Below, piece after piece: positions 24,962 to 38,969 of a stretch of 60,000 nt of DNA. A model generated the notes under the pieces. That model was not told where the DNA came from. It did no database searches and worked only from the letters and a program-made list of their open reading frames with translations. Made by a program: the position numbers and the translations under genes. Source of the stretch: Laetmonice hystrix (lineage: Eukaryota); assembly GCA_965235115.1 (NCBI GenBank), contig OZ249436.1:43960001-44020000 (forward strand). The letters are read 5' to 3'. Each line of letters opens with the position of its first letter. The stretch's first letter is position 1.

Positions 24962-27169
24962 GAGTTGGAAAATACCGCTAATCACGAATGACGGATCCAG
25001 GATTTAAGGAAGGGGGTGGGGTGGGGGTGGGGGCTCCTTTGGTGGATCGGCCTGTTTTTCAGGGGTCTGTGGGTCCTCTCCAGATTTTTTAAAGAACGGA
25101 AATGGGGGGGGGGGGGCGCCGGGCCGGGGGCCCCTCACTCCGCCAATGTTTACTCAGTCACAGATGAGTATCTCAAGTCACCGTCTTCGACACGGTGTCA
25201 ATTTTTGTGATTAGAAAGCTTCATTTTGACTGGATAATATAGTATAAATGATACAGTATTACCATAAAGTCCTCTAGTGGCTGTGATATCATGAGCCCAG
25301 ATTTCGCGAGTTAGTAACCTTCATGGCTAGCAGGACTTTAGAAACGGTTGTAACGTGTTACTGCGTAGTATGACAAGGAACGTTTTTAGCCTATTTCTAC
25401 TTCCAGGTTGGTTTACGATGGTGAGAATCAAACAGGCAAACCAAGCGGCCAAAGATTGCTCTGAATGCCAAGGATTTCTCGCACCTCAGCAATAACCTGC
25501 GGTGTTAAATGCCGGAGAGGAATGTAATCCCTTTAGGAATAGAAGAGTAGGGCAAATTACCGGATCATATTCCAAACTTGAGGTAAAATACCGGGATCAT
25601 ATTTCAAACTTGAGGCATGAATAAGTGAAATCAGAGACGAAAGTTCACGAAAGAAAATCTGTTCAAAGGTAGATTTAACTGTCGTCTCTGAGAAAGAAAT
25701 ATTCAAGGGTGTCTCATGATTTCAAAGTGGCGATGGTGAACTGGATTTAAATATTTTATTTTTACTTTGTGTTCAGTATTTTGGAGGGGAGGGTCCTCGG
25801 ACACTCTTGGGGGAAATAGGACAAATAAAAATGGCGTTATATTTTGATAGATAAATTATCGCCAAAGTAGAATCCAAATCTCTTTCCACCCGTGTAACTA
25901 TGCCCTTGGGTACAAGGCATTGACACTCGGATCTAGAACATTCCTGAAGCGTCACTTTGGAGATGTAATTCTATGGCGTGCTGTCAAACTGGTAATTGTT
26001 AAGGAGAAATGGGCCTACATGACGCTATGAGGTGTACTGTCCTAGATCATAGTATTCAACCTTCACTTCAGGAGGTCTAGGCACTACAACACAGTAAATC
26101 TAAATGTGTTTTCCCACTGCTGCCGAACAGAAATGACAACAGAAGACGCTGATATTCTCCACCCAAAAATATTTCTAGATGGAGTACAAAATATACGCGA
26201 TAAGGTGATATACATTTAAGCGGAACGTCGGGGTCAGTTTTAGAGTTTGCCATCTCTGCCCACCATGTCGTCTGCCGCGGCTGTCGTCATCAGCGCGGCA
26301 GTCAGCCACGGCTGAATGAATGTTGCGCAGCGTCGAGGATCCAACTTCCGGTTGGCACGACAAAGCATCAAAACATTGGCTTGCTGCTGCTGGTCTGAGG
26401 ACAAGTATTTGAGGATTGTTTCGCCAGGATCTGGTTGATCATCGCACACGATGCACGCAGGTCAACGATTGAGCAGCTGCGGGTCAGTTTGAGTGGAGGT
26501 GAGTTCTCAAGGAACCTTATAACGGTGAATTCCTGTGTTATTGATAACGTTCTAGAAGTATTGTACACACAGATCACAGAACGGATGGTTAGAAGGGGTT
26601 GCCATAGGAACAATATTACTCAACACGACACCTTGGATTTTCAATTTTCAAGTGGACATGGTCATGTAGGCCCCTAGCACCCCCCTCTAAAAAGGGGCTG
26701 GGGCTTTGGTTGGTCATCGCACACGCTGCTCGAAGGTCAACCAAAACACCCCTAATCATGTGACTGCCTATCCGATAATCCATAGTCCCAGCATGCCGTA
26801 TATCTCTACATGTCCGTATAATATAGGGGATATATCAATGTAATTCCATAATCCCAGCATCCCGTATATATATCTCTCTACCGGCCTTTACATAGGGTAT
26901 TAACCAGGGGACGGCGGGGGGGGGGGGGGGGGGGGGCCTGCCCGCCACTTCAGCTGGTGGCCTATAAAAAGGTCAAAGTTTCCTGAAGTTAGCCTTCCTT
27001 TAAAACGTCAAACACCTATCAAGGTTGCCCCCCCCCCTTGAAATAGGAAATATAAAAAAATATAAAAAATATATATTCCATAGGGCCAGGCTGGTTTTAT
27101 TCAGGGACTCTCAATCGGCTAGGAACCCCCTCATCCACACAACCCCCTAAAGTGGGGTTTCGAATTTTC

Positions 27170-28400
27170 AGGATGTAATATATCATTCAGCCGCCATGGC
27201 GGGGTCAATCTTTATCAGGATGTAATATATCATTCAGCCGCCATGGCGGGGACCAGTCTTTATTGGGACATAAATTATCCTTCATCGGCCCTGGTGGGGG
27301 CCAATCTTTATTGGGACATAAATTATCCTTCATCGGCCCTGGTGGGGGCCAATCTTTATCGGGACATAAATTATCCTTCATCGGCCCTGGTGGGGGCCAA
27401 TCTTTATCGGGGCATAAATTATCCTTCATCGGCCCTGGTGGGGGCCAATCTTTATCGGGACATAAATTATCCTTCATCGGCCCTGGTGGGGGCCAATCTT
27501 TATCGGGACATAAATTATCCTTCATCGGCCCTGGTGGGGGGCCAATCTTTATCGGGACATAAATTATCCTTCATCGGCCCTGGTGGGGGCCAATCTTTAT
27601 CGGGGCATAAATTATCCTTCATCGGCCCTGGTGGGGGGCCAATCTTTATCGGGACATAAATTATCCTTCATCGGCCCGTGGTGGGGGCTAATCTTTATCG
27701 GGACATAAATGATCCTTCATCGGCCCCGGTGGGGGCCAATCTTTATCGGGACATAAATTATCCTTCATCGGCCCTGGTGGGGGCCAATCTTTATTGGGAC
27801 ATAAATTATATCCTTCATCGGCCCTGGTGGGGGCCAATCTTTATTGGGACATAATATATCCTTCATCGGCCCTGGTGGGGGCCAATCTTTATCGGGACAT
27901 AAATTATCCTTCATCGGCCCTGGTGGGGGCCAATCTTTATCGGGACATAAATTATCCTTCATCGGCCCTGGTGGGGGCCAATCTTTATTGGGACATAATA
28001 TATCCTTCATCGGCCCTGGTGGGGGCCAATCTTTATTGGGACATAATATATCCTTCATCGACCCTGGTGGGGGCCAATCTTTATCGGGACATAAATTATC
28101 CTTCATCGGCCCTGGTGGGGTCCAATCTTTATCGGGACATAAATTATCCTTCATCGGCCCTGGTGGGGGCCAATCTTTATCGGGACATAATATATCCTTC
28201 ATCGACCCTGGTGGGGGCCAATCTTTATCGGGACATAATATATCCTTCATCGGCCCTGGTGGGGGCCAATCTTTATCGGGACATAATATATCCTTCATCG
28301 GCCCTGGTGGGGGCCAATCTTTATCGGGACATAAATTATCCTTCATCGGCCCTGGTGGGGGCCAATCTTTATCGGGACATAATATATCCTTCAGGGGGCT
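27170..28400. repeat. 48-bp minisatellite, ~25 copies
   Basis: Unit ggccaatctttatcgggacataaattatccttcatcggccctggtggg; two diverged copies at the left edge. Confidence 0.95.
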
Positions 28401-28888
28401 AATCTGATATGAGGGATATAAAACGACAGTATAGCCTTTATTACGTCCATGGCACCAAGATGAAGGAATTGATTAATGCCAAAGATGGGTAAAATTATAG
28501 GTGTCTTTTCTGTTTTGTTTGTTGTTGTTGTTGCCTGTTTTCACCTGCTTGTTTACAAAGCTGGTACGATGGTAAGTTCAATGACTGAAGCCGGTGACGT
28601 CAGACCGCCTTTGACTAGATCTAGCCGACCCCCACCCCACCCCTCCACCCCAAACGGGGTCATAAAGCTACTTGTATTTCAATTACTCAAAAGTCGCGTG
28701 AAGATGAATCAACAGACAAAGAAATAGAAGGTTCAGGAAACTTCGGTTTTCCATGCCTCAGTGCCAGTCGACCTTGAAGCAGATAGACACAAGGCAGGAG
28801 ACGATTTCTAAAGGCAGCTCGGTTACTCAACGAACCGAGACGAATGTTAATACCACTCTCGATCATGGTGTCCCCATTCGAACCGTAA

Positions 28889-29105
28889 AGCCGCTTTCAC
28901 ATGCATACGGTGTGCGGCGTGCGGCGTGCGGCGTGCGGCGTGCGGCGTGCGGCGTGCGTTTTTGTTAATAATGTACCAAATGTAAATCGCCGCACGCCGC
29001 AAACCGGAGACATGTGAACGGTTATATCTATTTTCAGTTGTTCCATTTTTGCAAAAACGCACGCCGCACACGCACACCGCAAACCGTGTGCATGTGAAAG
29101 TGGCT
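28889..29105. mobile_element. PIF/Harbinger-like MITE
   Basis: taa|agccgctttcacatgcatacgg ... ccgtgtgcatgtgaaagtggct|taa: long imperfect TIRs and 3-bp TAA TSD; internal (gcggcgt)n. Confidence 0.75.
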
Positions 29106-31826
29106 TAAGTCGATCTGTGCTAACATGAACATGAACAAAAATCCAATTATGGTCGACCAAATCAGAAAAAGTGTAAGTCTATTGATATGTACTAACGAGG
29201 AAGTCTAATATATGTTAGAATACCACTCATGGAGCATACAAAAATACAACAATAATCCGAAACATTCGGTATGGATTTGATCATGACAGGCTGGTGTACA
29301 ACGAGCAACGTTCAGGGCCCATGTAACTAAGAATGTCACTCCCTAACTCATGGTATCCCCAGACTGAGGGCATCTCCCCAACACTGTTGGAGAGACATTT
29401 TACTAAGACACCACACAATGGGGATATCCCTGATCTGGGGATTTTGGTGGGGATTTTGGTGGGGATCACCATTAGTAAGACCGGTCCCAGGGCGCGCCCA
29501 ATTCCCCCCCCCCCCCCCACCACACACACCCACCCGATCCATCATACACATATAGGGGCGCGCATACATACACATTATACATGCACCCCTCCATACAGAG
29601 TTGTGTTCACTCAAACGAGAAGGTCAGTGCAGTATTAAATAACGTCAGGATGTCTGAAGCATTCATACGTAGGTCTGTTGAATGACAAGATAGGGCGTAC
29701 GTCATGGATGAGTGCATTTGATGATCCTTAACAGACAAACACAGACCGATCAACACGCAAGGAAAATAAAAATCAACATTTTACGATTATAGTGGGATTG
29801 GACTAGGCAACACGTGGGGTGACGGGCGTATTGAATCTCTCCCAATGTACTTGATGACAATTCACGCGCATTCTTCACGTCGTTTCTATAGGGTTTAAAG
29901 GTTTCTCGTCCGATAAGGTCCTTGTACATAATCCTCCGCTATAGCAGTCACACAATACATTCCAACTGTTACACTATCCCCCACCGTGGTGGCATGTGTC
30001 CAAGATGGAACGCCATTAGAATATCAAAGTTGGTGCTTCCCTTCCTGATGGTGTCTTTTGAATCTGTGTTTCCATTTTGATTCCATTATTTGAAGCAGTA
30101 TTGGTTACCGAGTCATGTCCTCGTCCTGAAGATTAAAGCCTCCGTCGACCGCGATGTGGCGCTGCAGTGCCTAGTGGTACATTAAGCCGGGCGAGTCAGG
30201 GATACAGTCTATATACCAGGACGTATGTGTTTATTAAAGGGAATAGAAAAGTTCAAACTATTAATATAAGGGTGTTTAGCATGAACAAGCTTGTTCTTAC
30301 CTACAATTCTGTGATTATTTGATCTTTAATAAAGGAATAGGCCTAATCAACCAAAATGTATAGAGACATTCTCCCGCTAGCTTCGTCGGTTTGTTCACCC
30401 TACTTGGCCGTTATCTCAATCTATTAATAGATATAGCTCCCGCTGTCTCGCGTGAGAAATAGCGAATGACCCGGGCGGTATTTTTACAAAGTCGCCGTTG
30501 TCAGTGTTCCACTTATCGGTGTTACCTTAGACACTTTATATGGTGTTACTGGTGTTCAAAGGTACGTTAGTGCACGAGGAACTTTTGCTGTAGGTTTAAG
30601 GCAGGTTGTTGTTCACATCAGTTCCCAGTGGTAGCTTCAGGCCCATCCCCGGGCCATGAAAACCAGAGACTATAAGTTATAAGTGGTTTGTGAAGGCCGA
30701 GGTGAACAAGAAATGAAGTTTATGGTCACCGCCAAGGATTGTAACCCACCGTCGGGAATTGTAATGTAACCTCAGGGAAAATACCTTTTTTAAACGCAAA
30801 AGAAGAAAGAAGTGGAAAGTAAACGGATGTTGCTTTGATTTTATCGAGTTCTTGGTGACAAGTTGGTTTTTGGGTCGTGTCCCTGATCTGTCCAGGTCCA
30901 GTGGTGACAAGCTAGTTTTTGGGTCGTGTCTATGGTCTGTCCAGGTCCAGTCTAACCTCAATGATATTTTCACATTTAAACCTCGTTGGAGTCCTCCATT
31001 TCCTAAAGTTGATCGACCAGAGCCTTACCCTGGATCTGGCTACACGCAGTCTTAGGTCTAGTTCAAGTCAGCCGTACCCTGGATCTGGCTACAATAACAT
31101 GCAGTCTTAGGTCTAGTTCAAGTAATGCCCGTAATGTGATATATTTACAATAGATGAGTCAGTGATCGAGTAACTGAGGGTTTGACCGTCTCGGTATATC
31201 TGAACGAAATCTTCTCACATCTTTTCTCTGGGCATTTCGTGCAATGAAATGAAATCGGAGGTCCGAGCCATGAGATATCAATAGTAGGGTCCCTGGGCCT
31301 GATACCAATGTAGTCAGATTAAACGTCAACCCCTAAAACGGATAAAAATAGGTAGGGGTACACCCTGTGCCCCCTGATCCTCGCCGAGACACTGCAGAAC
31401 TATTCGTAACACTGATCGATCGACGCGCCTCTGTTGTCAAACGGTGACACTACGGCCATAGGGAGTTGATTCGTCAGTTACCGTATTCATAGGTAGACAC
31501 GGGATCTTTCATCACGTGGTAACTCTAAGTAAGTTTAATATGGCAGTACTATTACATCCAACACAAACGCGTCTAAGGTCTTTTTGTGACACTGGAAACT
31601 TAAAGGTTTTTACAAGTCAGAGCCAGAAGCCGTCGGGGGGGGGGGGGGGGACACGTGTCTCACAGTGGGGCAACCTTTTGGGATCTAAGCCTCTGACTTA
31701 TGTTACTGCTAATTTCTTATGCCCCCGGCATGCCCCCGGACTCCCCTAGCAGGGTTTCGCGGCTGACGCCGCTCGCAATTCCTAAACCTCCAGAAATCCA
31801 AGCTCCACCTGGTTGGCAACACTGTA

Positions 31827-31955
31827 ACATGACCTCTATATGTAGGCTAACCATGACCTCTACATGTAGGCTATACATGACCTCTACATGTAGGCTAACC
31901 ATGACCTCTACATGTAGGCTATACATGACCTCTACATGTAGGCTATACGTGACCT
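31827..31955. repeat. 24-bp tandem repeat, ~5 copies
   Basis: catgacctctacatgtaggctaWM units. Confidence 0.85.
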
Positions 31956-33201
31956 CGAGGAGACGTTACATGTCATTATAACCAACAGTAGCAATGGTTG
32001 GAGAGACATCTGGAGCAGCAGTTGCTTACGGGGAGTGAGGGAACTATTTTCTTCCTTTGGGGTCATTCGTGTTACGTGGTTGATCACCAAGAAAACAACC
32101 AGCCAAACGAGTGTAACACTCTTCCGTTCTCGTTCTGCCTGTTGCATGATCAGCGGCAAGTCAGGGTGTGCGCATGGACTCGCACGTAACGTTATAGAAA
32201 CTGCTTGATTCCCTTAATTACCCACAAAGACTTGGTGTGCGTTCTCCGACCACGGTTCTCTGTCCACCGGCATGCGAAACCTCATGGTCATTGCTTTTCT
32301 TTTGACGACCATTGCCCCGTTTGTCAAAGTTTCTCCTGGCGTGAAGACAAAACGCTGTAAGCAATGCCAGTGGTGTCGGAAGGGCCGCCGTTTCCGTAGT
32401 TTAAATCTAAAGGTGTAGCTATGAAACGGCCCCAGACATATCCAGCGGTCATACAGATTGGTCGGAAAATGAACTCCTGAATACTGAATATAGTTTGAAT
32501 AAAGTGACCGCTGCAACCGATCCCACGATTCAGACGTCTTTATACTCTATACAAGAGTGGATGAAAGAGAGAAAAGAAAAAAGTAAAGGCACGGAAAGCG
32601 CACGATGGCACAATTCATGACTGCAAGGCGTAGGCTATTCAATAGGTATTTTATGAAAGTTGTCCACTGGGAACACTGGTTGCGATTCTAGAGTCGGCTA
32701 GCCATCCATGGGTACAATGAAAGTGTGCTGTCAGACCAGCTAAACACACACATTGAGGAAACAAGCTCTGTTTTCTTCACCCGGATATGCCTGGATTGTT
32801 GGGGTCCCATAAACCAGTTCACGGGCTGGTCCCGCCCGCTTCAAATGTGCAAGTCACGTTACGTTTCGCGAGCGCCCGGCAGTTAAGTTAGTTCGCCTTC
32901 ATACAACCAGGTGCCGCCACCTACTTCATCTGCTTGATCTTAGCTGATCCATCTGATATCATTGCCCGCCTATACCTTCAGTGGCATGCGATCCAAAGCT
33001 TTCATATCTTACATAACCAATTTCGATAGGAAAAATGTTAGATTGATCAATGAAATGACGGAATAAATTGTCGGATCTAAAAATCGGAGAATAATTTGAT
33101 GCAGTACACCCCGAGTATCTGGGTAACATGAAATTATTGTGTTTCGTTACATAATTTTGGACCCATTAAAATTGTTGCGTCTGTTATAAATATTGTACCG
33201 T

Positions 33202-33441
33202 TTTTAGCAAACCAATCAGCTGTCCTATTTTAGCAAACCAAGCAGCTGTCCTCTTTTAGCAAACCAAGCAGCTGTCCTCTTTTAGCAAACCAAGCAGCTG
33301 TCCTATTTTAGCAAACCAAACATCAGCTGTCCTTCTTTAGCAAACCAAGCAGCTGTCCTCTTTTAGCAAACCAAGCAGCTGTCCTCTTTTAGCAAACCAA
33401 GCAGCTGTCCTCTTTTAGCAAACCAAGCAGCTGTCCTATTT
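33202..33441. repeat. 26-bp minisatellite, ~9 copies
   Basis: Unit ttttagcaaaccaagcagctgtcctc. Confidence 0.92.
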
Positions 33442-34214
33442 TCATGACCAGTGCCAATAACCAGACCGTATTTAGGCCTAGGAGTACAGTCAATGCACGA
33501 GGACACGGGTAAGTTAAGGACGGGACATAAATAATTGTGTGTCGGGTGGGGGCTGTACCCCCCCCCCCCTCTCACAGGGGGGCGGTTGGCGGAGGTTAAC
33601 GGGGGGTGATCTAACATAACCCCGCCAGAGCCTTTGGCCTACATACATGTATACTTACACGACGTTTACCGCTCGGGTTTACACAAAACGTCATTTAAAC
33701 GTTTTAGTCATGCATTACAACGTTCTGAAACGTTTAAACTGGGGCGGGAGATCACTGAGAGGAGGTCAACCATGGTGCGGAGGAGACATCGCGTCTTGGC
33801 CATGGAGGTGCTTGGCCTGCTTCAACGGACCACTGGACCCCCCATCTCACCCCCACACCCCCCTCCCAAAACTCCATGACAACTCCAATGTCCGTGGGAC
33901 ATTCTACTCGTTACGCCACAGTAAGAACACTTATATAGGACGCTGTGTCCATTACACCGTGTCGACGTTCATCAGATCCCACAATGTAACCATACTACCC
34001 CCACCTGTGTACTACACCAGGTAGTAGTATGCGTGCCGGGAGGGGACAACCTAATGGTTACAGCACTACATACTGGGGCAAAGTTCACTGAAGGTGGGGT
34101 GAAGGATGGGATCGGAAGCATAACAAGCTGGAGTATAAAGTCAGGTGTCAGTCGCATGACTTTGCGTTCGTTATATTTCCCCTGTTTCAACAGGATTTTT
34201 AACGAACGGGAGTT

Positions 34215-34506
34215 TATGCAGCTGGCTCTAAGCTAAGCCGCAGCTCCAGTCTTCATAATTATACAGCTGGATCTAAGCTGAGCCGCAGCTGCAGCCTTTA
34301 TATACAGCTGGATCTAAGCTGAGCCGCAGCTGCAGCCTTTATATACAGCTGGCTCTAAGCTGAGTTGCAGCTGCAGTCTTCATATACAACGGGCTCTAAG
34401 TTGAGCCGCAGCTGCAGTCTTTATATACAACTGGCTCTAAGCTGAGCCACAGATGCAGTCTTCATTATGCAGCTGGCTCTAAGCTGAGCCGCAGCTGAAG
34501 TCTTCA
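34215..34506 (-). repeat. 41-bp minisatellite, ~7 copies; reverse complement of the 38100-38969 family
   Basis: cagctggctctaagctgagccgcagctgcagtcttcatat units. Confidence 0.9.
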
Positions 34507-34629
34507 ACGTGAAATTTAATTTGATGGTTAAAGGGAATATATTGAATCCCTACCAAGCTTGATTAAAAAGCACATTACATTAAAAACTGGTGCCATTTTA
34601 TTGAATTGTTTAGATACATATAAATAAAT

Positions 34630-34660
<31 letters not shown>

Positions 34661-34859
34661 CCCCCTCCCTTCCCCCTCTCCGCCCTGCTACTCAGGGCTG
34701 ACAGTGTGAATGGAGGGGTATAGTTCCACTTCCATCCACCAGGGGGCATACCGGTAGGCCGTTTATCGCGTCCTCACGCATCATACAAAACGGCGACAAG
34801 GAAACGTCAAAAACTAGCACTGCATAACACGCCACCTCGTGGCTGTGAAGGCTAACTTG

Positions 34860-35048
34860 TGGTATTTGGTGTTTTACGCCTTGAAACAGCCAAGGTCATA
34901 TCACGGCGGTGAAGATCATGATGAAAGTCCGTTTTTCCTGGTGGAGGAAACCGGAGGACCCGCAGGAAACCAACGACCTTCGGGAAGGAACTGACTGACA
35001 AACCTTTCGCACATGCAGCCGTGGTCGGGGATCGAACCCGGACCGCAG
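34860..35048 (-). mobile_element. tRNA-derived V-type SINE, 5'-truncated
   Basis: Reverse complement matches 38475-38733 from the B box to the 3' tail. Confidence 0.85.
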
Positions 35049-35052
35049 TGGT

Positions 35053-35316
35053 CAGTGGCGGATCCAGGATTTCAGAAAGGAGGGGGACTATTGTTGGATA
35101 ATCAGTGGCCCATTTTCGGGGAGTCTGGGGGCCCTCCCCCGAATTTTTTTCAGGACAGTTTCAGGAACGTCGAGAACATGTTTTCTGAACATGTATACAG
35201 TAGAGATTTCTCCCAAATGTTTCAACGAAATTCCATTATTTTTAAGCAGGAAACATAGAAAATAGGCAAGAGGCATAGGAAAATAGGGGGCGGGTGCCCC
35301 CCTGGATCCGCCACTG
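35053..35316. mobile_element. MITE (CAGTGGCGGATCCAGG TIRs)
   Basis: Perfect 16-bp TIRs cagtggcggatccagg ... cctggatccgccactg; related degenerate ends near 12465 and 24990. Confidence 0.8.
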
Positions 35317-35321
35317 GTCCA

Positions 35322-36051
35322 GGCAGTCAGTAAATCCGAGAAATTCATCTCCAGATGAGTGTCAGGGAACGGACAGTCAGTAAATCCCGGAAATTTATCT
35401 CCAGATGAGTTCAGGGAACGGGCAGTCAGTAAATCCGAGAAATTTATCTCCAGATGAGTTCAGAGAACGGGCAGTCAGTAAATCCGAGAAATTTATCTCC
35501 AGATGAGTTCAGGGAACGGGCAGTCAGTAAATCCGGGAAATTTATGTCCAGATGAGTGTCAGGGAACGGGCAGTCAGTAAATCCGGGAAATTTATGTCCA
35601 GATGAGTTCAGATAACGGGCAGTCAGTGAATCCGGGAAATTTATGTCCAGATGAGTGTCAGGGAACGGACAGTCAGTAAATCCGGGAAATTTATGTCCAG
35701 ATGAGTGTCAGGGAACGGGCAGTCAGTAAATCCGGGAAATTTATGTCCAGATGAGTTCAGGTAACGGGCAGTCAGTGAATCCGGGGAATTTATGTCCAGA
35801 TGAGTGTCAGGGAACGGGCAGTCAGTAAATCCGGGAAATTTATGTCCAGATGAGTGTCAGGGAACGGGCAGTCAGTAAATCCGGGAAATTTATCTCCGGA
35901 TGTGTGTCAGGGAACGGACAGTCAGTAAATCCGGGAAATTTATGTCCAGATGAGTGTCAGGGAACGGGCAGTCAGTAAATCCGGGAAATTTATCTCCGGA
36001 TGTGTGTCAGGGAACGGGCAGTCAGTAAATCCGAGAAATTTATCTCCGGAT
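35322..36051. repeat. 49-50-bp minisatellite, ~14 copies
   Basis: Unit gcagtcagtaaatccgggaaatttatgtccagatgagtgtcagggaacgg. Confidence 0.95.
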
Positions 36052-36732
36052 ACTACATGGCCCCCCAAAAAATTTTATATACCAATAAAGAGTTAAGTCT
36101 TGCTCCATTATAAGTTCCTACAAACTCCAAGCAAGCCCTGATCTACGCCTACACTGGTTACAGTGCCCTACTTTACCGGATTGGGTCGTGACTCGTAAAA
36201 CTGTGTGAACACAAAAATAGGCGAATATTTACGTATTTCTCTATTACCAGTACAGAGCATGATAATATATGCGGGGAGACAGAGGTGACTACGGATAATT
36301 GACTGGAACGCTTAAAGCTCACATTCCTTGTGTCTATGCCTTAAATCTGTCTCTCACGACAGAGCACGTGGACCATTCATGTTAGTGAGGTCAGCGTCTC
36401 AGAAAACGTAGCGTCTACCGTGCCGCGCGTCTGTCATAGTGGTGGCGGTCGGTGCAGGTACGGCACGCCCCCTAGCGGAAGAAATGGGTGTTACAGGTGG
36501 CCTCACCCAAGGCGGGTGAAGTGGAATGGTTTCAGATGTGGTTTTCGTATGATGTGATCCAATTAGTCTACTCGGAACGCCAAACAGGCCAATCCGTGCC
36601 TTGAGAGGGTCAAAAGACGTTAAAAAAAAGAAAAGAAAAAAAACCAAACAACTACTCAGAAACTATCTACCAGCTTTTAATGATTACAACCGACTGCCCG
36701 GATTCTAGAATGTCGAATGTCGGCAGGATTAA

Positions 36733-37260
36733 AGGGGCATGCTATGGAACATGTTTTGGAGGATTTCCAGCAATTATCCAACATGACTCTGTACTAGGGA
36801 TCGAAGTAAATAATCCAACCACAGCATTTTGTCCTCCGACGTGTTTTCGCTGCGTATGCAGCACAAGTAGGTTCTATACGACCAAACCTATAGATTTCTC
36901 CCGATAGCACATCTCCCGCCATAATTTGGCGGACAACCTCCCATCAACCCGTGTAATTGCATACTGCGTCACATCCTGTGTGTGCACTCTCTGCATGTGC
37001 TTAGTCACGTGCTTCGCTTAGTTCTAAACAATTCAGCAGTTGCACTCGATCGTCCAGCATCAGAATGCCACCCAAAAAGTATTTTACGAAATCAGCAGAG
37101 AAGCGGGCAAGGGAGCTTCATAAACTTCGATTTCTCACGCAAAATGAAACTGATAAGTCTGTCTTTGTTTACCAAGCAATTTTAATGAAGGATCTCTTTA
37201 TGAAAACAGCAAAAGTTCTTTGAAATACCGATTTTTAACGTTTCCTCATAATATGCCCCT
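36733..37260. mobile_element. Non-autonomous TTAA-target DNA transposon (Kolobok-like), copy 1
   Basis: ttaa|aggggcatgctatg ... cataatatgcccct|ttat; near-identical to 40592-41089. Confidence 0.8.
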
Positions 37261-38099
37261 TTATTTAAGGGTGCGGTCCAATATTAATGCCATGTTGACT
37301 GAGCAATAAAAACCTCGATGGAAACCACTCCGTATCACTGACATTGTCATTGACAGCTAGTCAGCTAGCGGATAGATACATGTAAATCCCCTTCATAAAA
37401 ACATCTTTGTGTTCTTCCAATCCCAAGAGCGGGTGGTTTTCTGCAAGGACTCTCTGACCTTACAATATAAGTCGCCGTAGGTCACGTCATTTCGTACAAA
37501 GGCGTTGCCTGTCATTGACGCTACATACCTGACCTGTCAGTATGTCGAGAGGACGTTCATAGAATCCCAACAATGGTTTGAAAAGATCTCACGTTGGAGA
37601 CATTTCAAAGCCGGGCAGTCTATGCCCTCTTGAAGTTCCTCCTGGGGACTGTCGCCTCCAGTACATGCATTCGTTAATTTCTTAATTAATACGGCTTTAT
37701 TTAAATGTCATGCACACTTCCGCATTAACGTGGATCACAGCTAAAGGTTCCGCTGCCTTCACAGAGAGTGTGAACCGTGAAATTTTCGTGCATTTCGCGT
37801 GAACTGACAATTTTCGTGAAAATGTGACGATTTACACTAATTCAATCACGCAGAATTGTTGTATGGGAATACACCAGCTCCGTATAGTTTAGATAACAAA
37901 ACAATAAATATTATTTTATTTGTTAAAAACCCATCGCATTATAGATTTTGCCGGCTTTAGTCTGTAATACTCGTTGGCGAGTTGACACATGGTGTCCCAT
38001 GAACCGGCTCGTCATGTCAGCAATTCCCACAAGCCCCCGCGACAACACACCCCGCAGCTGTCAGTACAACTTGACTAAAATAAGCGGAAACAACGTCCT

Positions 38100-38969
38100 G
38101 CATAATGAAGACTGCAGCTGCGGCTCAGCTTAGAGCCAGCTGCATATGAAGACTGCAGCTGCGGCTCAGCTTAGAGCCAGCTGCATATGAAGACTGCAGC
38201 TGCGGCTCAGCTTAGAGCCAGCTGCACATGAAGACGGCAGCTGTGGCTCAGCTTAGAGCCAGCTGCATATGAAGACTGCAGCTGCGGCTCAGCATAGAGC
38301 CAGCTGCATATGAAGCCGGCAGCTGCGGCTCAGCTTAGAGTCAGCTGCATATGAAGACTGCAGCTGCGGCTCAGCATAGAGCCAGCTGCATATGAAGACT
38401 GCAGCTGCGGCTCAGCATAGAGCCAGCTGCATATGAATACGGCAGCTGCAGCTCAGCTTAGAGCCAGCTGCATAGGGGGCATCGGGTGGCCGAATGGTCT
38501 AAGGTGTTGGCTCATGACACCAAGGACCATCGCCTCACACCGATGCGATATGGGTTCGATCCCCGGCCTGGGCTGCATGTGTGAAACGTTTGTCAGTTCC
38601 TTCCCGATGGTCGGTGGTTTCCTCCGGGTACTCCGGTTTCCTCCACCAAGACAAACTGACTTTCATCATCATCTTCACCGCCGTGATATGACCCTGGCTG
38701 TTGCAAGGCGTAAAACCCCAAACACCCACCCACGCCAGCTGCATATGAAGACTGCAGCTGCGGCTTAGCTTAGAGCCAGCTGCATAATAAAGACTGCAGC
38801 TGCGGTTCAGCTTAAAGCCAGCTGCCCATGAAGATTGCAGCTGCGGCTCAGCGTAGAGCCAGCTGCACATGAAGACGGCAGCTGCGGCTCAGCTTAAAGC
38901 CAGCTGCATATGAAGACGGCAGCTGCGGCTCAACATAGAGCCAGCTGCACATGAAGATGGCAGCTGCGG
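38100..38969 (+). repeat. 41-bp minisatellite interrupted by a SINE
   Basis: Unit atgaagactgcagctgcggctcagcttagagccagctgcat. Confidence 0.93.
38475..38733 (+). mobile_element. Full-length tRNA-derived V-type SINE
   Basis: A box TGGCCGAATGG, B box GGTTCGATCCC, V-domain-like GGTTTCCTCCGGGTACTCCGGTTTCCTCCACC, (cacc)n tail, flanked by direct repeat gccagctgcata. Confidence 0.88.

Noticed and set aside
27205..28407. Pro/Gly-rich repeat proteins
   Set aside because: 48-bp minisatellite with frame-breaking indels.
38475..38570. tRNA gene
   Set aside because: A/B boxes present but it continues into a SINE body found in several copies; no convincing cloverleaf.
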